This document shows, in pieces, positions 9,991-21,127 of a DNA stretch of 64,000 nucleotides (position 1 is the first letter of the stretch; every line of letters starts with the position of its first letter). The notes under the pieces were generated by a model. That model had not been told where the DNA came from and did not search any database. It saw only the letters and a program-made list of their open reading frames with translations. Source of the DNA: Methanosphaera stadtmanae (lineage in GTDB: Archaea; Methanobacteriota; Methanobacteria; Methanobacteriales; Methanobacteriaceae); contig SUTP01000001.1 in the NCBI GenBank assembly GCA_015062815.1, positions 34,062-98,061 of the forward strand, read 5' to 3'. Position numbers and translations under genes: made by a program.

Positions 9991-11286
9991 TTACATGATA
10001 TTTCCAATTGCTTGGAAATTAATACCTTCTTTGCGGAATTTGTTTATATCTAATATTGGTTTTGAAGAAATAATAAATTTATTTACTAACATATCAGGAG
10101 TAATTTCTTTGTATAAATCATGATCAGTCATAATTATAACACAATCTCCTTTTAAAGCTTCTTCATAGCTTACACTTTTGATACCAAAGGATTCAATAGT
10201 TTCATCTTTTACAAGTGGATCATGGGCTATGATATTGAAATTATTTTCTTTTAGTAAATAAATCAGTTTTTCAGATGGTGTTTCACGTATATCATCCACA
10301 TTACCTTTATAAGCTATTCCTAAAATACTAACAGTATAATTTTCTCTTTTTTCATCAATATTATCCATTAATATTTCAAGAACATGTTTTGGCATATTAT
10401 TATTAATACTTCTGGAGGTGCTAAGTAATTGTGCATTTAAATCATAATTTTGTGCTAATTCTATTAAAAAATACGGATCAACAGGTATGCAATGACCTCC
10501 AACACCTGCACCGGGGGTGTGTATATTTACTCGTGGGTGATAATTAGCAGCATTTATAACTTCATTAGCATCCACATTAATTTTTTCACATATTAATGCA
10601 AATTCATTACTCAATGCTATATTAACATCACGATAAGTATTTTCCATAAGTTTAACCATTTCTGCACTGGTAATATCTTTTACTTTTATTATGTCTCCTT
10701 TGGTGATGTGTGAATAAAGTGATGCTGCCATATTAGCACTTTTTTCATCATATCCTCCAACAATTCGCACATTATTTGTCATTTCATATAGCGTGTTGTT
10801 AGGTAATGCTCTTTCAGGACTGTATGCAAGCATAAAATCTTCACCACATTTTAATCCAGATTCTTCAAGTAATGGTTTAACAATTTTCATACCCGTTTCT
10901 GGAGGAACTGTGCTTTCGATAATAACAAGATTATTTTTTTCCAAACCCTTTTTAATACTTTCACATGCAGAAATAACAAATGATAAATCAGATTTTTTAT
11001 TTTCATCAATTGGTGTAGGAACAATAACAATCATAATATCTGAAGTTTTACTTACTTCATCTAAATTACTTGTTGCTTTCAAATAATTATTTTTAACACA
11101 TTTTTTTACTAATTCTTCAAGACCAGGTTCTTTAAAAGAACAAATGCCCTGATTAATAGAATTAACAGTTTTTTCGTTAACGTCACCACCAAGAACGTGG
11201 ATATTATTGTTTGCCAAGATTGTTGCTGTTGGTAATCCAATATGTCCTAAACCATAAATTCCTACTTGTAACTCATCTAAATCCAT
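9991..11286 (-). CDS. wecC: UDP-N-acetyl-D-mannosamine dehydrogenase (nucleotide sugar dehydrogenase)
   Basis: GLGHIGLP, VPTP, ESTVPP, PER, K.MENTYRDVNIA, GVGGHCIPVDP; next to wecB. Confidence 0.88.
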   Translation of the reverse strand: MDLDELQVGIYGLGHIGLPTATILANNNIHVLGGDVNEKTVNSINQGICSFKEPGLEELVKKCVKNNYLKATSNLDEVSKTSDIMIVIVPTPIDENKKSDLSFVISACESIKKGLEKNNLVIIESTVPPETGMKIVKPLLEESGLKCGEDFMLAYSPERALPNNTLYEMTNNVRIVGGYDEKSANMAASLYSHITKGDIIKVKDITSAEMVKLMENTYRDVNIALSNEFALICEKINVDANEVINAANYHPRVNIHTPGAGVGGHCIPVDPYFLIELAQNYDLNAQLLSTSRSINNNMPKHVLEILMDNIDEKRENYTVSILGIAYKGNVDDIRETPSEKLIYLLKENNFNIIAHDPLVKDETIESFGIKSVSYEEALKGDCVIIMTDHDLYKEITPDMLVNKFIISSKPILDINKFRKEGINFQAIGNIM

Positions 11287-11362
11287 TTTATACAGTCCTT
11301 TTTAATTATAATCTTATTATTTTCTTATATTATACTTATGAAAATACTTATATTTTATATTA

Positions 11363-12673
11363 TCATGTTTTTTCAAACTCTTTAACAATAATTATTTTAT
11401 TTTTAAGGTTCAGATTCTCTTCAATATTTTCGGGATTACCCTCATTAAATACTTGTTGTATAATTGAATACTTATTTTTAGTTTCATACTGTTTTACTGT
11501 AATATCTTCAGTTATATTATATAAATGGTAACCTTTAAAATCCATAATTTCTTTAGCTTTTTTTATTTGAAGCTCATTTTTATCATAACTTTCTTTTATA
11601 ATATTGTATATTTTTTTAGAGCTTTTTCCATCACCGTAAGGATTTGGGGCATTTGCCATTTTTTGATAAACTTCTGCTTTGTCTAATATATTTTTTATAT
11701 TATTACTTATTTCTTCAGAATCAGCACCAGCTAATATATTTCCACCATTGGTAATGGTTTCAGGACGTTCTGTATTATATCTTAAAGTAACACACGGAAT
11801 ATTCAAAGTAATAGCTTCTTCTTGTACACCACCAGAGTCAGTTAAAAGTAATTTACTTTTAGATAGTAATGCTAAAAAGTCAAGATAACCTAAAGGTTTT
11901 GTTATTTGTATATTTTCTTTATTTTTTAGACTTTCATATAAACCTAGATTTATCAGTGATTTCTTTGTATGGGGGTGTATTGGAAATACAATATTGTAAG
12001 GTAAATTAATCAAACTGTTGACAATATTTTTTAATCTTTCAGGATCATCTACATTTTCAGCTCTGTGCATGGTTAATGTGATGTATTCATCGAATTTAAC
12101 TAAATCACTTATATCACTTTTAGCTAGTGCTATGTCTTTATGTCTCATACAAGCATCAACAATAGTATTTCCAGTAACAAATATCTGGTTATGATTTACT
12201 CCTTCATTAAGCAGGTTTATGGCTGTTTCTTTTGTTGGTACGAAGTATAATAAAGAACAATTGTCTGCTATTAAACGATTAATTTCTTCGGGCATATCTT
12301 TATCAAAAGATCGAAGTCCTGCTTCCACATGACCAACAGGTATTTTTAATTTATTACTTGCAAGAGCTCCTGCTAGAACAGCATTAGTATCTCCCTGAAC
12401 TAATACAATATCAGGATTTTCTTTTTGCAATATTTCTTCAAGTTCTGATACTATAACACTGACCTGTTTTATTGCCGTGTATGATCCAATACCTATATTA
12501 TAATTAGGCACTGGTAAATTCAGGTCAATAAAGAACTGTTTGGACATATTTATATCATAATGCTGGCCTGTATGTATTAAAATAACTTCTGAGTTATTGC
12601 TTTTAATTTCATCAATAACTGGGGCCATTTTTATAATTTCAGGTCTTGTTCCAAGTACAACAGCTATTTTCAT
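11363..12673 (-). CDS. wecB: UDP-N-acetylglucosamine 2-epimerase (non-hydrolysing)
   Basis: GTRPEIIK, TGQH, VQGDT, HVEAGLRS, TDSGGVQEEA, NPYGDG. Confidence 0.95.
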   Translation of the reverse strand: MKIAVVLGTRPEIIKMAPVIDEIKSNNSEVILIHTGQHYDINMSKQFFIDLNLPVPNYNIGIGSYTAIKQVSVIVSELEEILQKENPDIVLVQGDTNAVLAGALASNKLKIPVGHVEAGLRSFDKDMPEEINRLIADNCSLLYFVPTKETAINLLNEGVNHNQIFVTGNTIVDACMRHKDIALAKSDISDLVKFDEYITLTMHRAENVDDPERLKNIVNSLINLPYNIVFPIHPHTKKSLINLGLYESLKNKENIQITKPLGYLDFLALLSKSKLLLTDSGGVQEEAITLNIPCVTLRYNTERPETITNGGNILAGADSEEISNNIKNILDKAEVYQKMANAPNPYGDGKSSKKIYNIIKESYDKNELQIKKAKEIMDFKGYHLYNITEDITVKQYETKNKYSIIQQVFNEGNPENIEENLNLKNKIIIVKEFEKT

Positions 12674-12687
12674 TTTAATCTCCTTAA

Positions 12688-13506
12688 TTATTCTTTTAAC
12701 ATATTAATTAGTGTTTTATCTACTTCTTTTTTCTGATAATTTAACACATATTCTTTTTTCAAAGCATCAATGAATTTATTTTTTGCATATTGATATTCTT
12801 CAAATTTAATATTATTATAATAAACATCACTTAAAATTAATCCACTAGCACTGGATGGTCTCAAACGCACATATCTTCTCAAATCTTCAGGTTCAAGTAA
12901 TTTTTTAATACAATCAGGTTCTATTTCACCATAACCTACTTGAAGTAAGGCTGTTATCATTTTACGAACCATATTCCATAAAAAACTTTTTCCTTCAATC
13001 TTAAAAATAAGTACATTTTCTTTGACTTCAAGATTCATACTTATAATTTCTCTGTACGAATTTTTTTCATTACGTTTTGAAAAATTTCTAAAATAATGTT
13101 CACCAATGAAATAGTTCATAGCTTCTTTAATTTTATTAATATCTATGGGTATCGTTGGATCAATGGGTTGTATGTAAGTATAAGTCCTAGTTAAGGGAAA
13201 ACGTACTTTAAATCCATAAGGCACCTTGGCTTGTCCAATAATTTTAATATCATTAGGTAATAAACCGTTTATTTTGTTAATATATATGTCCTTATCTGTT
13301 ATGAATGATATCACATTTCCTGTGGAATGAACACCTTTATCTGTTCTTCCAGCTACAGAGTAATGTGCTTTCCATGTATCCGTAATTATTTCGGTTTCAG
13401 CCAAAACTTTTAACAATTCACCTTCCACAGTTCTGTATTCAGGTTGTCTTTGATAACCATGAAAATTAGTACCAATATATGCTATTTTTAGTGCTACTCG
13501 TCGCAT
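12688..13506 (-). CDS. truA: tRNA pseudouridine(38-40) synthase
   Basis: AY.GT.FHGYQRQP, AGRTDKGVH, SFLWNMVR. Confidence 0.95.
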   Translation of the reverse strand: MRRVALKIAYIGTNFHGYQRQPEYRTVEGELLKVLAETEIITDTWKAHYSVAGRTDKGVHSTGNVISFITDKDIYINKINGLLPNDIKIIGQAKVPYGFKVRFPLTRTYTYIQPIDPTIPIDINKIKEAMNYFIGEHYFRNFSKRNEKNSYREIISMNLEVKENVLIFKIEGKSFLWNMVRKMITALLQVGYGEIEPDCIKKLLEPEDLRRYVRLRPSSASGLILSDVYYNNIKFEEYQYAKNKFIDALKKEYVLNYQKKEVDKTLINMLKE

Positions 13507-13682
13507 GTTAATAAACTCGTTATTTATAAATTAATATTTATTGATTTAAGAATATAATTTTTTATTTTGATTTAAAATTAATAATTGAAAAGATAAATAA
13601 AATAGAATACATATATCTTTTAATTAAGTTTACTAGTTAAATATTTTTAAATTATTTTTATAAAGTTATAGAGTTGAAATGA

Positions 13683-14396
13683 ATGATTATTATACCTGCA
13701 GTTGATATAAAAAATTCTAAATGTGTTCAATTAGTTCAAGGAGAACCTGGAACAGAACAAGTAATTATAGATAATCCGTCTCAAGTAGCATTAGATTGGC
13801 AGAATAAGGGTGCTAAACGTTTACATATTGTTGATTTAGATGGGGCATTAGGTAGTGGTGAAAACATTAGTATAGTCAAAGAAATTGTTGAAAAAACATC
13901 AGTACCTATAGAAATGGGTGGAGGTATCAGAACCAAAGAGGATGCTATAAAATTACTGGATGCGGGGATATCCACTGTTATTATTGGAACTATGGCAATT
14001 AAAAATCCTGATGTAATAACCGAATTATCTGAGGAATATGGTTCTCAAAGAATTTGTGTTTCATTAGACAGTAAAAATAATAAAGTAGTTACACATGGAT
14101 GGACAGAATATACTAATCAGACTCCATTGGAATATGCTAAATTCTTTGAAGAAAAAGGTGCTGGATTAATATTATATACCAATGTTGATGTTGAAGGATT
14201 ATTAGCAGGTTTAAATATTGAACCAATAAAAGAATTAAAAGATAACATATCTATTCCTATCATATATTCTGGTGGTGTAACATCTTTAGATGATTTGAAA
14301 GTATTAAAAGAATTAGATATGGATTATGTTGTTATTGGTTCTGCATTATATAAAGGATTATTAAATTTTGAAGACACATTACTTTATCAAGATTAA
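13683..14396 (+). CDS. hisA: ProFAR isomerase
   Basis: IIPAVD..CVQLVQG, LHIVDLDGA, GGGIR, SGGV, GSALY. Confidence 0.96.
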   Translation: MIIIPAVDIKNSKCVQLVQGEPGTEQVIIDNPSQVALDWQNKGAKRLHIVDLDGALGSGENISIVKEIVEKTSVPIEMGGGIRTKEDAIKLLDAGISTVIIGTMAIKNPDVITELSEEYGSQRICVSLDSKNNKVVTHGWTEYTNQTPLEYAKFFEEKGAGLILYTNVDVEGLLAGLNIEPIKELKDNISIPIIYSGGVTSLDDLKVLKELDMDYVVIGSALYKGLLNFEDTLLYQD

Positions 14397-14407
14397 GAGG
14401 TGTTAAT

Positions 14408-14863
14408 ATTAAAATAATGGCATCAGGAACGTTTGATATTCTTCATCCAGGACATGGTTTTTATTTAAAAGAAGCTAAAAAATTAGGTGGAAAAAATGCT
14501 ACATTGATGGTTGTTGTTGCAACAGACAAAACTGTTAAATCACATAAACATGTTCCAATTATAAGTCAAGAACAGCGATTAGAAGCAGTATTAATGTTAA
14601 AATATGTTGATGAAGCATATATTGGAGATGAAGTTGATCCTTTTAAAATAGTAAAAGAAAAAAAACCGGATATTATAGCAATAGGACCCGACCAAAAATT
14701 TGATCCACAAAAACTTCATAAATCTTTACTGGATAATGGAATGGATATCAAAGTTGTAAAAATTGAAGATTATAAAAAATTTGATTTAGACAGTAGTTGT
14801 AAAATAATCAAAAAAATCAAGAATACACATTTTAGTGATGATGCATTTAAAAATTGTGACTAA
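14408..14863 (+). CDS. ribL: archaeal FAD synthase (cytidylyltransferase family); probable ATT start
   Basis: GTFDILHPGH, KPDIIAIGPDQ, SS.KII. SD gaggtg lies 5 nt before ATT 14408 but 14 nt before ATG 14417. Confidence 0.82.
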   Translation: MKIMASGTFDILHPGHGFYLKEAKKLGGKNATLMVVVATDKTVKSHKHVPIISQEQRLEAVLMLKYVDEAYIGDEVDPFKIVKEKKPDIIAIGPDQKFDPQKLHKSLLDNGMDIKVVKIEDYKKFDLDSSCKIIKKIKNTHFSDDAFKNCD

Positions 14864-14931
14864 TAAAAATATATATAATAACAAAGATAATACATAATAT
14901 TAATTTATGATTAATTAAGGGAGGTTTCTAT

Positions 14932-15204
14932 ATGGTAGCAAAAGAATATTACGAAGTATTACTAAATATTACTGATGTCATGGCAGAAAAAGGCGGAGGA
15001 ATCATATACATTCGCAATGAACCAGAATGTTATACAATTGGTACACGTTATTATGATGAAGAAATAGCAAATTATTTAGATGACACCGTAGAAGAATGGA
15101 CTGGTGAAGAATCAGCACTCAAAAAGAAATCTAAAAAACGATCCAAAAAACAGGATAAAGTAGAAGAATTATATTATTTATGGAAGATAATTTTACCGGA
15201 ATAA
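14932..15204 (+). CDS. hypothetical protein
   Basis: Strong SD gggaggt, 90 aa, T-rich tract after stop. Confidence 0.75.
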   Translation: MVAKEYYEVLLNITDVMAEKGGGIIYIRNEPECYTIGTRYYDEEIANYLDDTVEEWTGEESALKKKSKKRSKKQDKVEELYYLWKIILPE

Positions 15205-15394
15205 ATAAATTCTTTTCATTGTTTCTTAACCAATTAATTTTTATTCTTTTTTTGAATTATTTTCATTAAACTTAATTTTTTTTTGAAAAAAATATATTTT
15301 TACTTAATTATCAATGATAACTATTAATAGATTTATTTATTAATATATACTTAAGAAAACTCTTTTAAAATTGTATTATTTGTTATGGGATAGT

Positions 15395-16444
15395 ATGTTT
15401 GAAGAAATATATAACAAATCATTGGATAATGAAATAACCAAAGAGGATGCATTACATTTAGTACGTTCTGCAAATCAATTTGAGTTATTTGATACTGCTG
15501 ATAAATTAAGACAAGAAATAGTAGGGGATAAAGTCACCTATGTTGTCAATAAAGCAATTGATATAACAGATTATTGTATGATCGGATGTAAATTCTGTTC
15601 ATTTAGAAATCATGAAAATTATCGTATGTCTTCTGAAGAAATTTCTGACAGTATAATTCAAGCAAAAGAAATAGGGGCTACAGAAATATGTTTATTTGGA
15701 GGAATAACTCCTACTATGGACATAGATTACTACTGTGATTTAATTCAGGAAATCAAAGATAATCATGACATATGTTTACATGCATTATCTCCTGCAGAAG
15801 TATTTCAAACAGCTAAAAATTCTAATATAACTACATTTGAAGCTCTGAAAAGACTAAAAAATGCGGGTATGGATACTATGACGGGTGCTTCTGCTGAAAT
15901 TTTAGTAGATTCAGTAAGAGAACAGATATGTCCTAATAAATTAAAAACTTCAGAATGGTCTAGAGTAGTTAAAGAAGCTCATGAATTAGGTATTCCTACA
16001 ACTTCAACAATTATGTATGGTAGTGTAGAAACATGGGAAGATAGAATAGAACACATCTTTTTATTAAAAGAAATACAAGAGGAAACAAAGGGATTTACTG
16101 AATTTGTTCCTATGACTTTTTTAGGAGACAATAATGAATTAGGTAAAATTTCTCGTGGTGCAACAGGTATTGAAGATTTAAAAATACATGCAATTTCAAG
16201 GATAATTCTGAGTAATGTTATTCCAAATATTCAAGTTTCATGGGTGAAATTAGGTTTAAGGTTAACACAGATAGCATTAACTTGTGGAGCTAATGATATT
16301 GGTGGAACAATGATTGAAGATAAAATATCTACTGCTGCGGGTGGTGGATATGGTGGATATTTGCCTGTTGAAAAAATAATTCCATTAATAGAAGATATTG
16401 GTAGGATTCCTCAAGAAAGAAGTACAAAATATGAATATTTATAA
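15395..16444 (+). CDS. cofH: FO synthase subunit CofH (radical SAM)
   Basis: GDKVTYVVN, C.IGCKFCSF, GASAEIL, T.TIMYG, FTEFVP, NIQVSWVKLG, GANDIGGT. Confidence 0.88.
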   Translation: MFEEIYNKSLDNEITKEDALHLVRSANQFELFDTADKLRQEIVGDKVTYVVNKAIDITDYCMIGCKFCSFRNHENYRMSSEEISDSIIQAKEIGATEICLFGGITPTMDIDYYCDLIQEIKDNHDICLHALSPAEVFQTAKNSNITTFEALKRLKNAGMDTMTGASAEILVDSVREQICPNKLKTSEWSRVVKEAHELGIPTTSTIMYGSVETWEDRIEHIFLLKEIQEETKGFTEFVPMTFLGDNNELGKISRGATGIEDLKIHAISRIILSNVIPNIQVSWVKLGLRLTQIALTCGANDIGGTMIEDKISTAAGGGYGGYLPVEKIIPLIEDIGRIPQERSTKYEYL

Positions 16445-16491
16445 TTATTTTTTTTTTATTAAAAAAAGAAAGGTGTGGAAGTATTGAATAA

Positions 16492-18093
16492 TCAATTATG
16501 TTTATTAAGCATTTTTGAACGTTCTTGTGATGTTAGTTCACCAACAATAGTTTCAGGTTCGCCTTCAGCTAATAATTGACCGTCACGCATTAAAGCAGCA
16601 GTATCACAACATTCAAGAACAAAGTCCATATCGTGTGAAATTATTACAAATGTTTGGTCTAGTTCTTCTCTAGCATTTAAAATAGATTCAGTAACATCAC
16701 GTCTAGTAATTGGATCCATTGTACCTGTTGGTTCATCTAAAATAACTATTGTAGGTTCTTTAATTAATACCTGCGCAATAGCTACTCTATGTCTTTCTCC
16801 TCCACTCATTTGGTCAGGGTATTTAGTTAATAATTTAGCTGCTTCTTCTTCTTTAAATCCTACAGCTGTAAGTACATGTAATGATTTCATTTTAGCAAAT
16901 TCTGATGGGAGGTCTAAACTAATTGCATCAGTTAAATTACCTAAAATAGTTTTATATGGATATAAACTAAAATCTTGATGTAATAAACCGATATGTGGAG
17001 TTACACGTCCTCTATGCCTAGGACCTTTTTTACTCATATCAATCCATTCAGAACCTAGTCTTATTTCTATTTCTCCACCACTAGGTTCTATGAGTCCAGC
17101 AATTACTTTGGACAATGTTGTTTTTCCAGCTCCACTTAATCCTACGATACTTGCAATTTGTCCTTCATTAATAGTTAAAGTCACACCATCAACTGATTTA
17201 ACAACTCCTCTTGCAACTGAGAAATAATATTTTTTAAGATTATCCATTTTTATTAATGGTTCACCAATATCTACTTCTTCGTGTTGCTGTAGGTGAGGTA
17301 TTTCTTCAACAAATTTTGGTACAACTTCATCAGCAGAACCTTCTTCTTTTATTTTTCCTTCATCTAACCAGATTACTCTATCGGATAAACTTTGTATTAC
17401 TTCAGGCCAATGAGAGTTAATAATCATTGTAATTTCTTTTTCTTTTACTCCTTTAAGCAATGCAGAATGTAAAACTTCAGCAGTTTTTGGATCTAAAGTT
17501 CCTGTAGGTTCATCAGCTAAGAATAACATTGGATTTTTAGCTAATTGTCTTGCAAGCACAATTCTTTGTTTTTCACCACCACTTAAATCCCTAGCAATAT
17601 GGGTGATTCTATGTTCCATACGAGTCATTTTAAGAAGATTAATTGCTTTATTAACATTATCTTCATCTCTATGGTCTTCAAAAGCTTCCATAATATTTTC
17701 AATTACACTTTTTTCTTCATATAATGCAAAAGTTCTTTGAAGCATAATTGAGATTCGTTTTTTAATAGAACTGAAGTCTTGTCTAGTTGCTTTCCATAGG
17801 TTGATTTCTTTTTTTTCTAATTTTCCTTTTCCACAACGACAGGTTTCTCCTTCTTTTGAAGGTAATTCTACTCTGTCACATTCAGAACACATAGAAACGT
17901 TATAAATAATTTCTCCTTTTTCTGGTTCATATTCAGGAATACCTCTTAACATATTTAATAATACTGATTTTCCAGAACCACTACGTCCGAGAATACCTAA
18001 TACTTCGCCTTCTTCTATGTTTAAGTTGATATTGTCTAAGACAATTTCATTGTCAAATAATTTTGTAATATTTTTGACTTCTATAAAACTCAT
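16492..18093 (-). CDS. atwA: methyl-coenzyme M reductase system component A2 (double ABC ATPase)
   Basis: Two ABC cassettes ([16 protein letters not shown]), Cys insert CSEC...[41 protein letters not shown]. Confidence 0.92.
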   Translation of the reverse strand: MSFIEVKNITKLFDNEIVLDNINLNIEEGEVLGILGRSGSGKSVLLNMLRGIPEYEPEKGEIIYNVSMCSECDRVELPSKEGETCRCGKGKLEKKEINLWKATRQDFSSIKKRISIMLQRTFALYEEKSVIENIMEAFEDHRDEDNVNKAINLLKMTRMEHRITHIARDLSGGEKQRIVLARQLAKNPMLFLADEPTGTLDPKTAEVLHSALLKGVKEKEITMIINSHWPEVIQSLSDRVIWLDEGKIKEEGSADEVVPKFVEEIPHLQQHEEVDIGEPLIKMDNLKKYYFSVARGVVKSVDGVTLTINEGQIASIVGLSGAGKTTLSKVIAGLIEPSGGEIEIRLGSEWIDMSKKGPRHRGRVTPHIGLLHQDFSLYPYKTILGNLTDAISLDLPSEFAKMKSLHVLTAVGFKEEEAAKLLTKYPDQMSGGERHRVAIAQVLIKEPTIVILDEPTGTMDPITRRDVTESILNAREELDQTFVIISHDMDFVLECCDTAALMRDGQLLAEGEPETIVGELTSQERSKMLNKHN

Positions 18094-18600
18094 AACTTCA
18101 CACCTATTTGAATTAATAAATTAGTTTTATATGTTCCTAACTTTCTTATATAATTATATTATGTTATTAGTATATATTATATTTTAGGCTTTGTAGAAAT
18201 CATTATTTAGATTAATTTATGAGTAAAACTCTAAAAAGTTTTTTTTCATTGATTTTTTTTATTTTAAAAATGGAAGTGTTTTCAATTCTCTTTGTTAATA
18301 AGATAAAAACAGTTAAAACTCAAAAAGAAGTCTAATAAAGTAGAATATCTTTTCATGATAACACCCTCAATTCAGGTACAATTTAATTTATTATTATTAC
18401 GTTACTTGCGTATTCTTGATTTTATTAGGATAAGTCATAGTATTATTATAATAACTAAAATGTATTAATTGTAATTATTTATAATAACATTTTTATTTAA
18501 TTAAAACAAATAATATAATTATATTTTAATCATTAATTAAATTACATTGTTAATGGGTTCAATTAAAATCAACCATTCGTGTGTATGGGAGTGAAGTTTA

Positions 18601-19479
18601 ATGTTAACATCAGTACAAAAAGAGATATTGCAAAGTTTGATTAATTTATACAGACAATCCAAGTGTACTTCTGTAAAATGTGAAAATATTGCGGAATTAA
18701 TGGGGAGAAATTCCGGAACAATAAGAAATCAAATGCAATCTTTACGTAGTTTAGGATTAGTAAAAGGTGTACCAGGACCTCGTGGTGGTTATAAACCAAC
18801 TTTAGAAGCATATCAAACTTTAAATATAGAAAATGATCCTTGTCAGATTAACATACCGTTTTATGTTAATGGGAGGATAGTACCGGATATTTCCGTTAAT
18901 AAAATAGAATTCAATAGTATACTTAGACCAGGCAATTGTGAAGCCACTATTTCTGTATTAGGTAATATTAAACATCTTGATTTAGATGATACAGTAAAAA
19001 TTGGTCCAACTCCTGTTAATAATTTAACAGTTACTGGTGTAATTATAGGAAGAGATGATGTTGACAATGTCTTATTATTGAAAACCAACAATATTCAAAG
19101 TGTTCCAAATGTACCAATTAAAAGTGTTGCAACAGAAGATGTAGTAACTATAAATCCCAATTTAACATTATCTGAAATAGCAAAAATATTAATTACAAAG
19201 AATATTCGGGGTGTTCCCGTAATGGTTGATAATGAAATTCAGGGTATTGTGATGTATAAGCATTTGGTTCAAATGATATCTGAAGAAAAATATGATTTAG
19301 TTGCTAAAGATGTGATGTCTACTGATTTTGTAACGGTAAAAGAAGATATGTCCTTAATTGGAACATTAGATAAAATGTATAAAAATAATCTATCTTTAAT
19401 TATATTATTAGATGATGATAATAATTTAGCTGGTATAGCAACATTTAGTGATATAATAAAACGTTTAGTAATATCATAA
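18601..19479 (+). CDS. HTH + CBS-pair transcriptional regulator (COG2524-like)
   Basis: LT.VQKEILQ.LI, GTIRNQMQSLRSLGLV.GVPGPRGGY; two C-terminal CBS domains. Confidence 0.88.
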   Translation: MLTSVQKEILQSLINLYRQSKCTSVKCENIAELMGRNSGTIRNQMQSLRSLGLVKGVPGPRGGYKPTLEAYQTLNIENDPCQINIPFYVNGRIVPDISVNKIEFNSILRPGNCEATISVLGNIKHLDLDDTVKIGPTPVNNLTVTGVIIGRDDVDNVLLLKTNNIQSVPNVPIKSVATEDVVTINPNLTLSEIAKILITKNIRGVPVMVDNEIQGIVMYKHLVQMISEEKYDLVAKDVMSTDFVTVKEDMSLIGTLDKMYKNNLSLIILLDDDNNLAGIATFSDIIKRLVIS

Positions 19480-19591
19480 TATACACTGATTTTTAATATT
19501 TTTTTAATAATCTGTTTTAACAACTTAGATTTTTATTCTATATAATAATTATATGATTTTTTAATTTCATTTTTTTAAGAGGTTTTTTTTC

Positions 19592-20506
19592 ATGAAAGTA
19601 AAACATTTGAAGATTACAAAGGATATGAAAATATCTGATTTTATTAATCAATTAGATCAATCAGGAGTATTGGGTGCAGGACGTGTATCCAAAGCTACTA
19701 ATCTATTAGCTGATAGTTTCAAAGATCCTGATACAAAAGTATTTTTAAGTCTAGCCGGACCGATGGTGCCAGGAGGATTACGTCAAATTATTCGTGATTT
19801 AATTGAATTAGGTTATGTTAATTTAATCATATCTAGTGGAGCAAATTTAACACACGATCTTGTTGAATCTTTTGGTGGAAGACATTATGGTGGTTTACAA
19901 GATGATGATGAACGATTACAAGAACAAGGTATCGGCAGAATAGGGGATGTTTTCACTAAATCTAACGATTTTGAAGTTTTTGAAGAAGAAATTCAAAAAA
20001 TATTCTCCAAAATAAATGAAAAATATTCAGTAATTTCACATAAAGATTTTTTATATGAAATTGGATTACTTGTTGATGATGAAAATTCAATACTTGCCAC
20101 AGCCAGTAAACATAATGTACCAATTTTTGCTCCAGGATTAATCGATTGTATGATTGGATTACAATTATGGATATATTGTCAGGATCATGATTTCACATTA
20201 AGTTCTGTTGGAGACATGCCAGATTATTCAGATTTTGTATATAATTCAAAAAAAGTAACTGCTTGTATGTTGGGTGGGGGATTACCTAAACATTATACTT
20301 TAGCAGGCAATATTTTAACAGGAGGAATTGATGCAGGTATACAAATAACTCTTGACAGAAGTGAAGGTGGAAGTTTGAGTGGAGCTCCATTAGAAGAAGC
20401 AAAATCATGGGCAAAAGCAAAAGCAGGTTCTAATCTTGTAACTGTTGTTGGTGATGCAACTGTTTTGTTTCCTTTAATAGTTGCTGGAGCATTAGATAAG
20501 ATATGA
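19592..20506 (+). CDS. dys: deoxyhypusine synthase
   Basis: GPMVPGGLR, GANLTHD, RIGDV, GGG.PKH, GGSLSGA...EA.SW.K, DAT..FP. Confidence 0.92.
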   Translation: MKVKHLKITKDMKISDFINQLDQSGVLGAGRVSKATNLLADSFKDPDTKVFLSLAGPMVPGGLRQIIRDLIELGYVNLIISSGANLTHDLVESFGGRHYGGLQDDDERLQEQGIGRIGDVFTKSNDFEVFEEEIQKIFSKINEKYSVISHKDFLYEIGLLVDDENSILATASKHNVPIFAPGLIDCMIGLQLWIYCQDHDFTLSSVGDMPDYSDFVYNSKKVTACMLGGGLPKHYTLAGNILTGGIDAGIQITLDRSEGGSLSGAPLEEAKSWAKAKAGSNLVTVVGDATVLFPLIVAGALDKI

Positions 20507-20518
20507 GGAGGTTTATAT

Positions 20519-21127
20519 CTGATATTTGATGCAATCTGTTTTGCTTTATCAGGTTTTTTCATGAAATTTTCTGATGAAGCAGTAGATGTTAAAAATAATA
20601 AACTTCTTGGAATTTTTGCGAATGTTATTTGTGTTGTATTCACATTATTAGTTTCAGTTGTTAATGGTGATGCTGCTTGTATTTTTTTAAGTATTATCAT
20701 AGGAACAGGTTTATCGAAAAAAATTGATGCTATTAATCATATAATAGCTGCAATCCTATTCATTATATTATTGGCTATTATTGGTTTTCCTGAATTTAGT
20801 TGGTTATGTCTTATCATTTGTATTTTTGCTAATCTAATTGATGAATTGGGTAATGATAAATATGATGAAAAAATAGAAAATAATAGTAACGTTAATGAAA
20901 CATTACTCGATAAATTTTTTAAATATAGATGTGCACTTAAAGTCACAGTATTAATATTATCCTTGTTAGGTTTAGTTAATGTTCTATTTACTAATACAAT
21001 TATAAGTGGAATCATGTTTTTCCAACCACTAACAGTTATTCTATTTTATATCTTTGACTTCAGTTATGAAATGGCAGGTAAATCATTTGAGGGAATTTAT
21101 AATACTTTCCAAAGTATCTTGGGGTGA
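20519..21127 (+). CDS. conserved membrane protein; probable CTG start
   Basis: Multi-TM with K.SD, KID..NH and DE.GND motifs. SD gaggaggt lies 6 nt before an in-frame CTG, which adds the first hydrophobic helix missing from the ORF-track call. Confidence 0.7.
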   Translation: MIFDAICFALSGFFMKFSDEAVDVKNNKLLGIFANVICVVFTLLVSVVNGDAACIFLSIIIGTGLSKKIDAINHIIAAILFIILLAIIGFPEFSWLCLIICIFANLIDELGNDKYDEKIENNSNVNETLLDKFFKYRCALKVTVLILSLLGLVNVLFTNTIISGIMFFQPLTVILFYIFDFSYEMAGKSFEGIYNTFQSILG

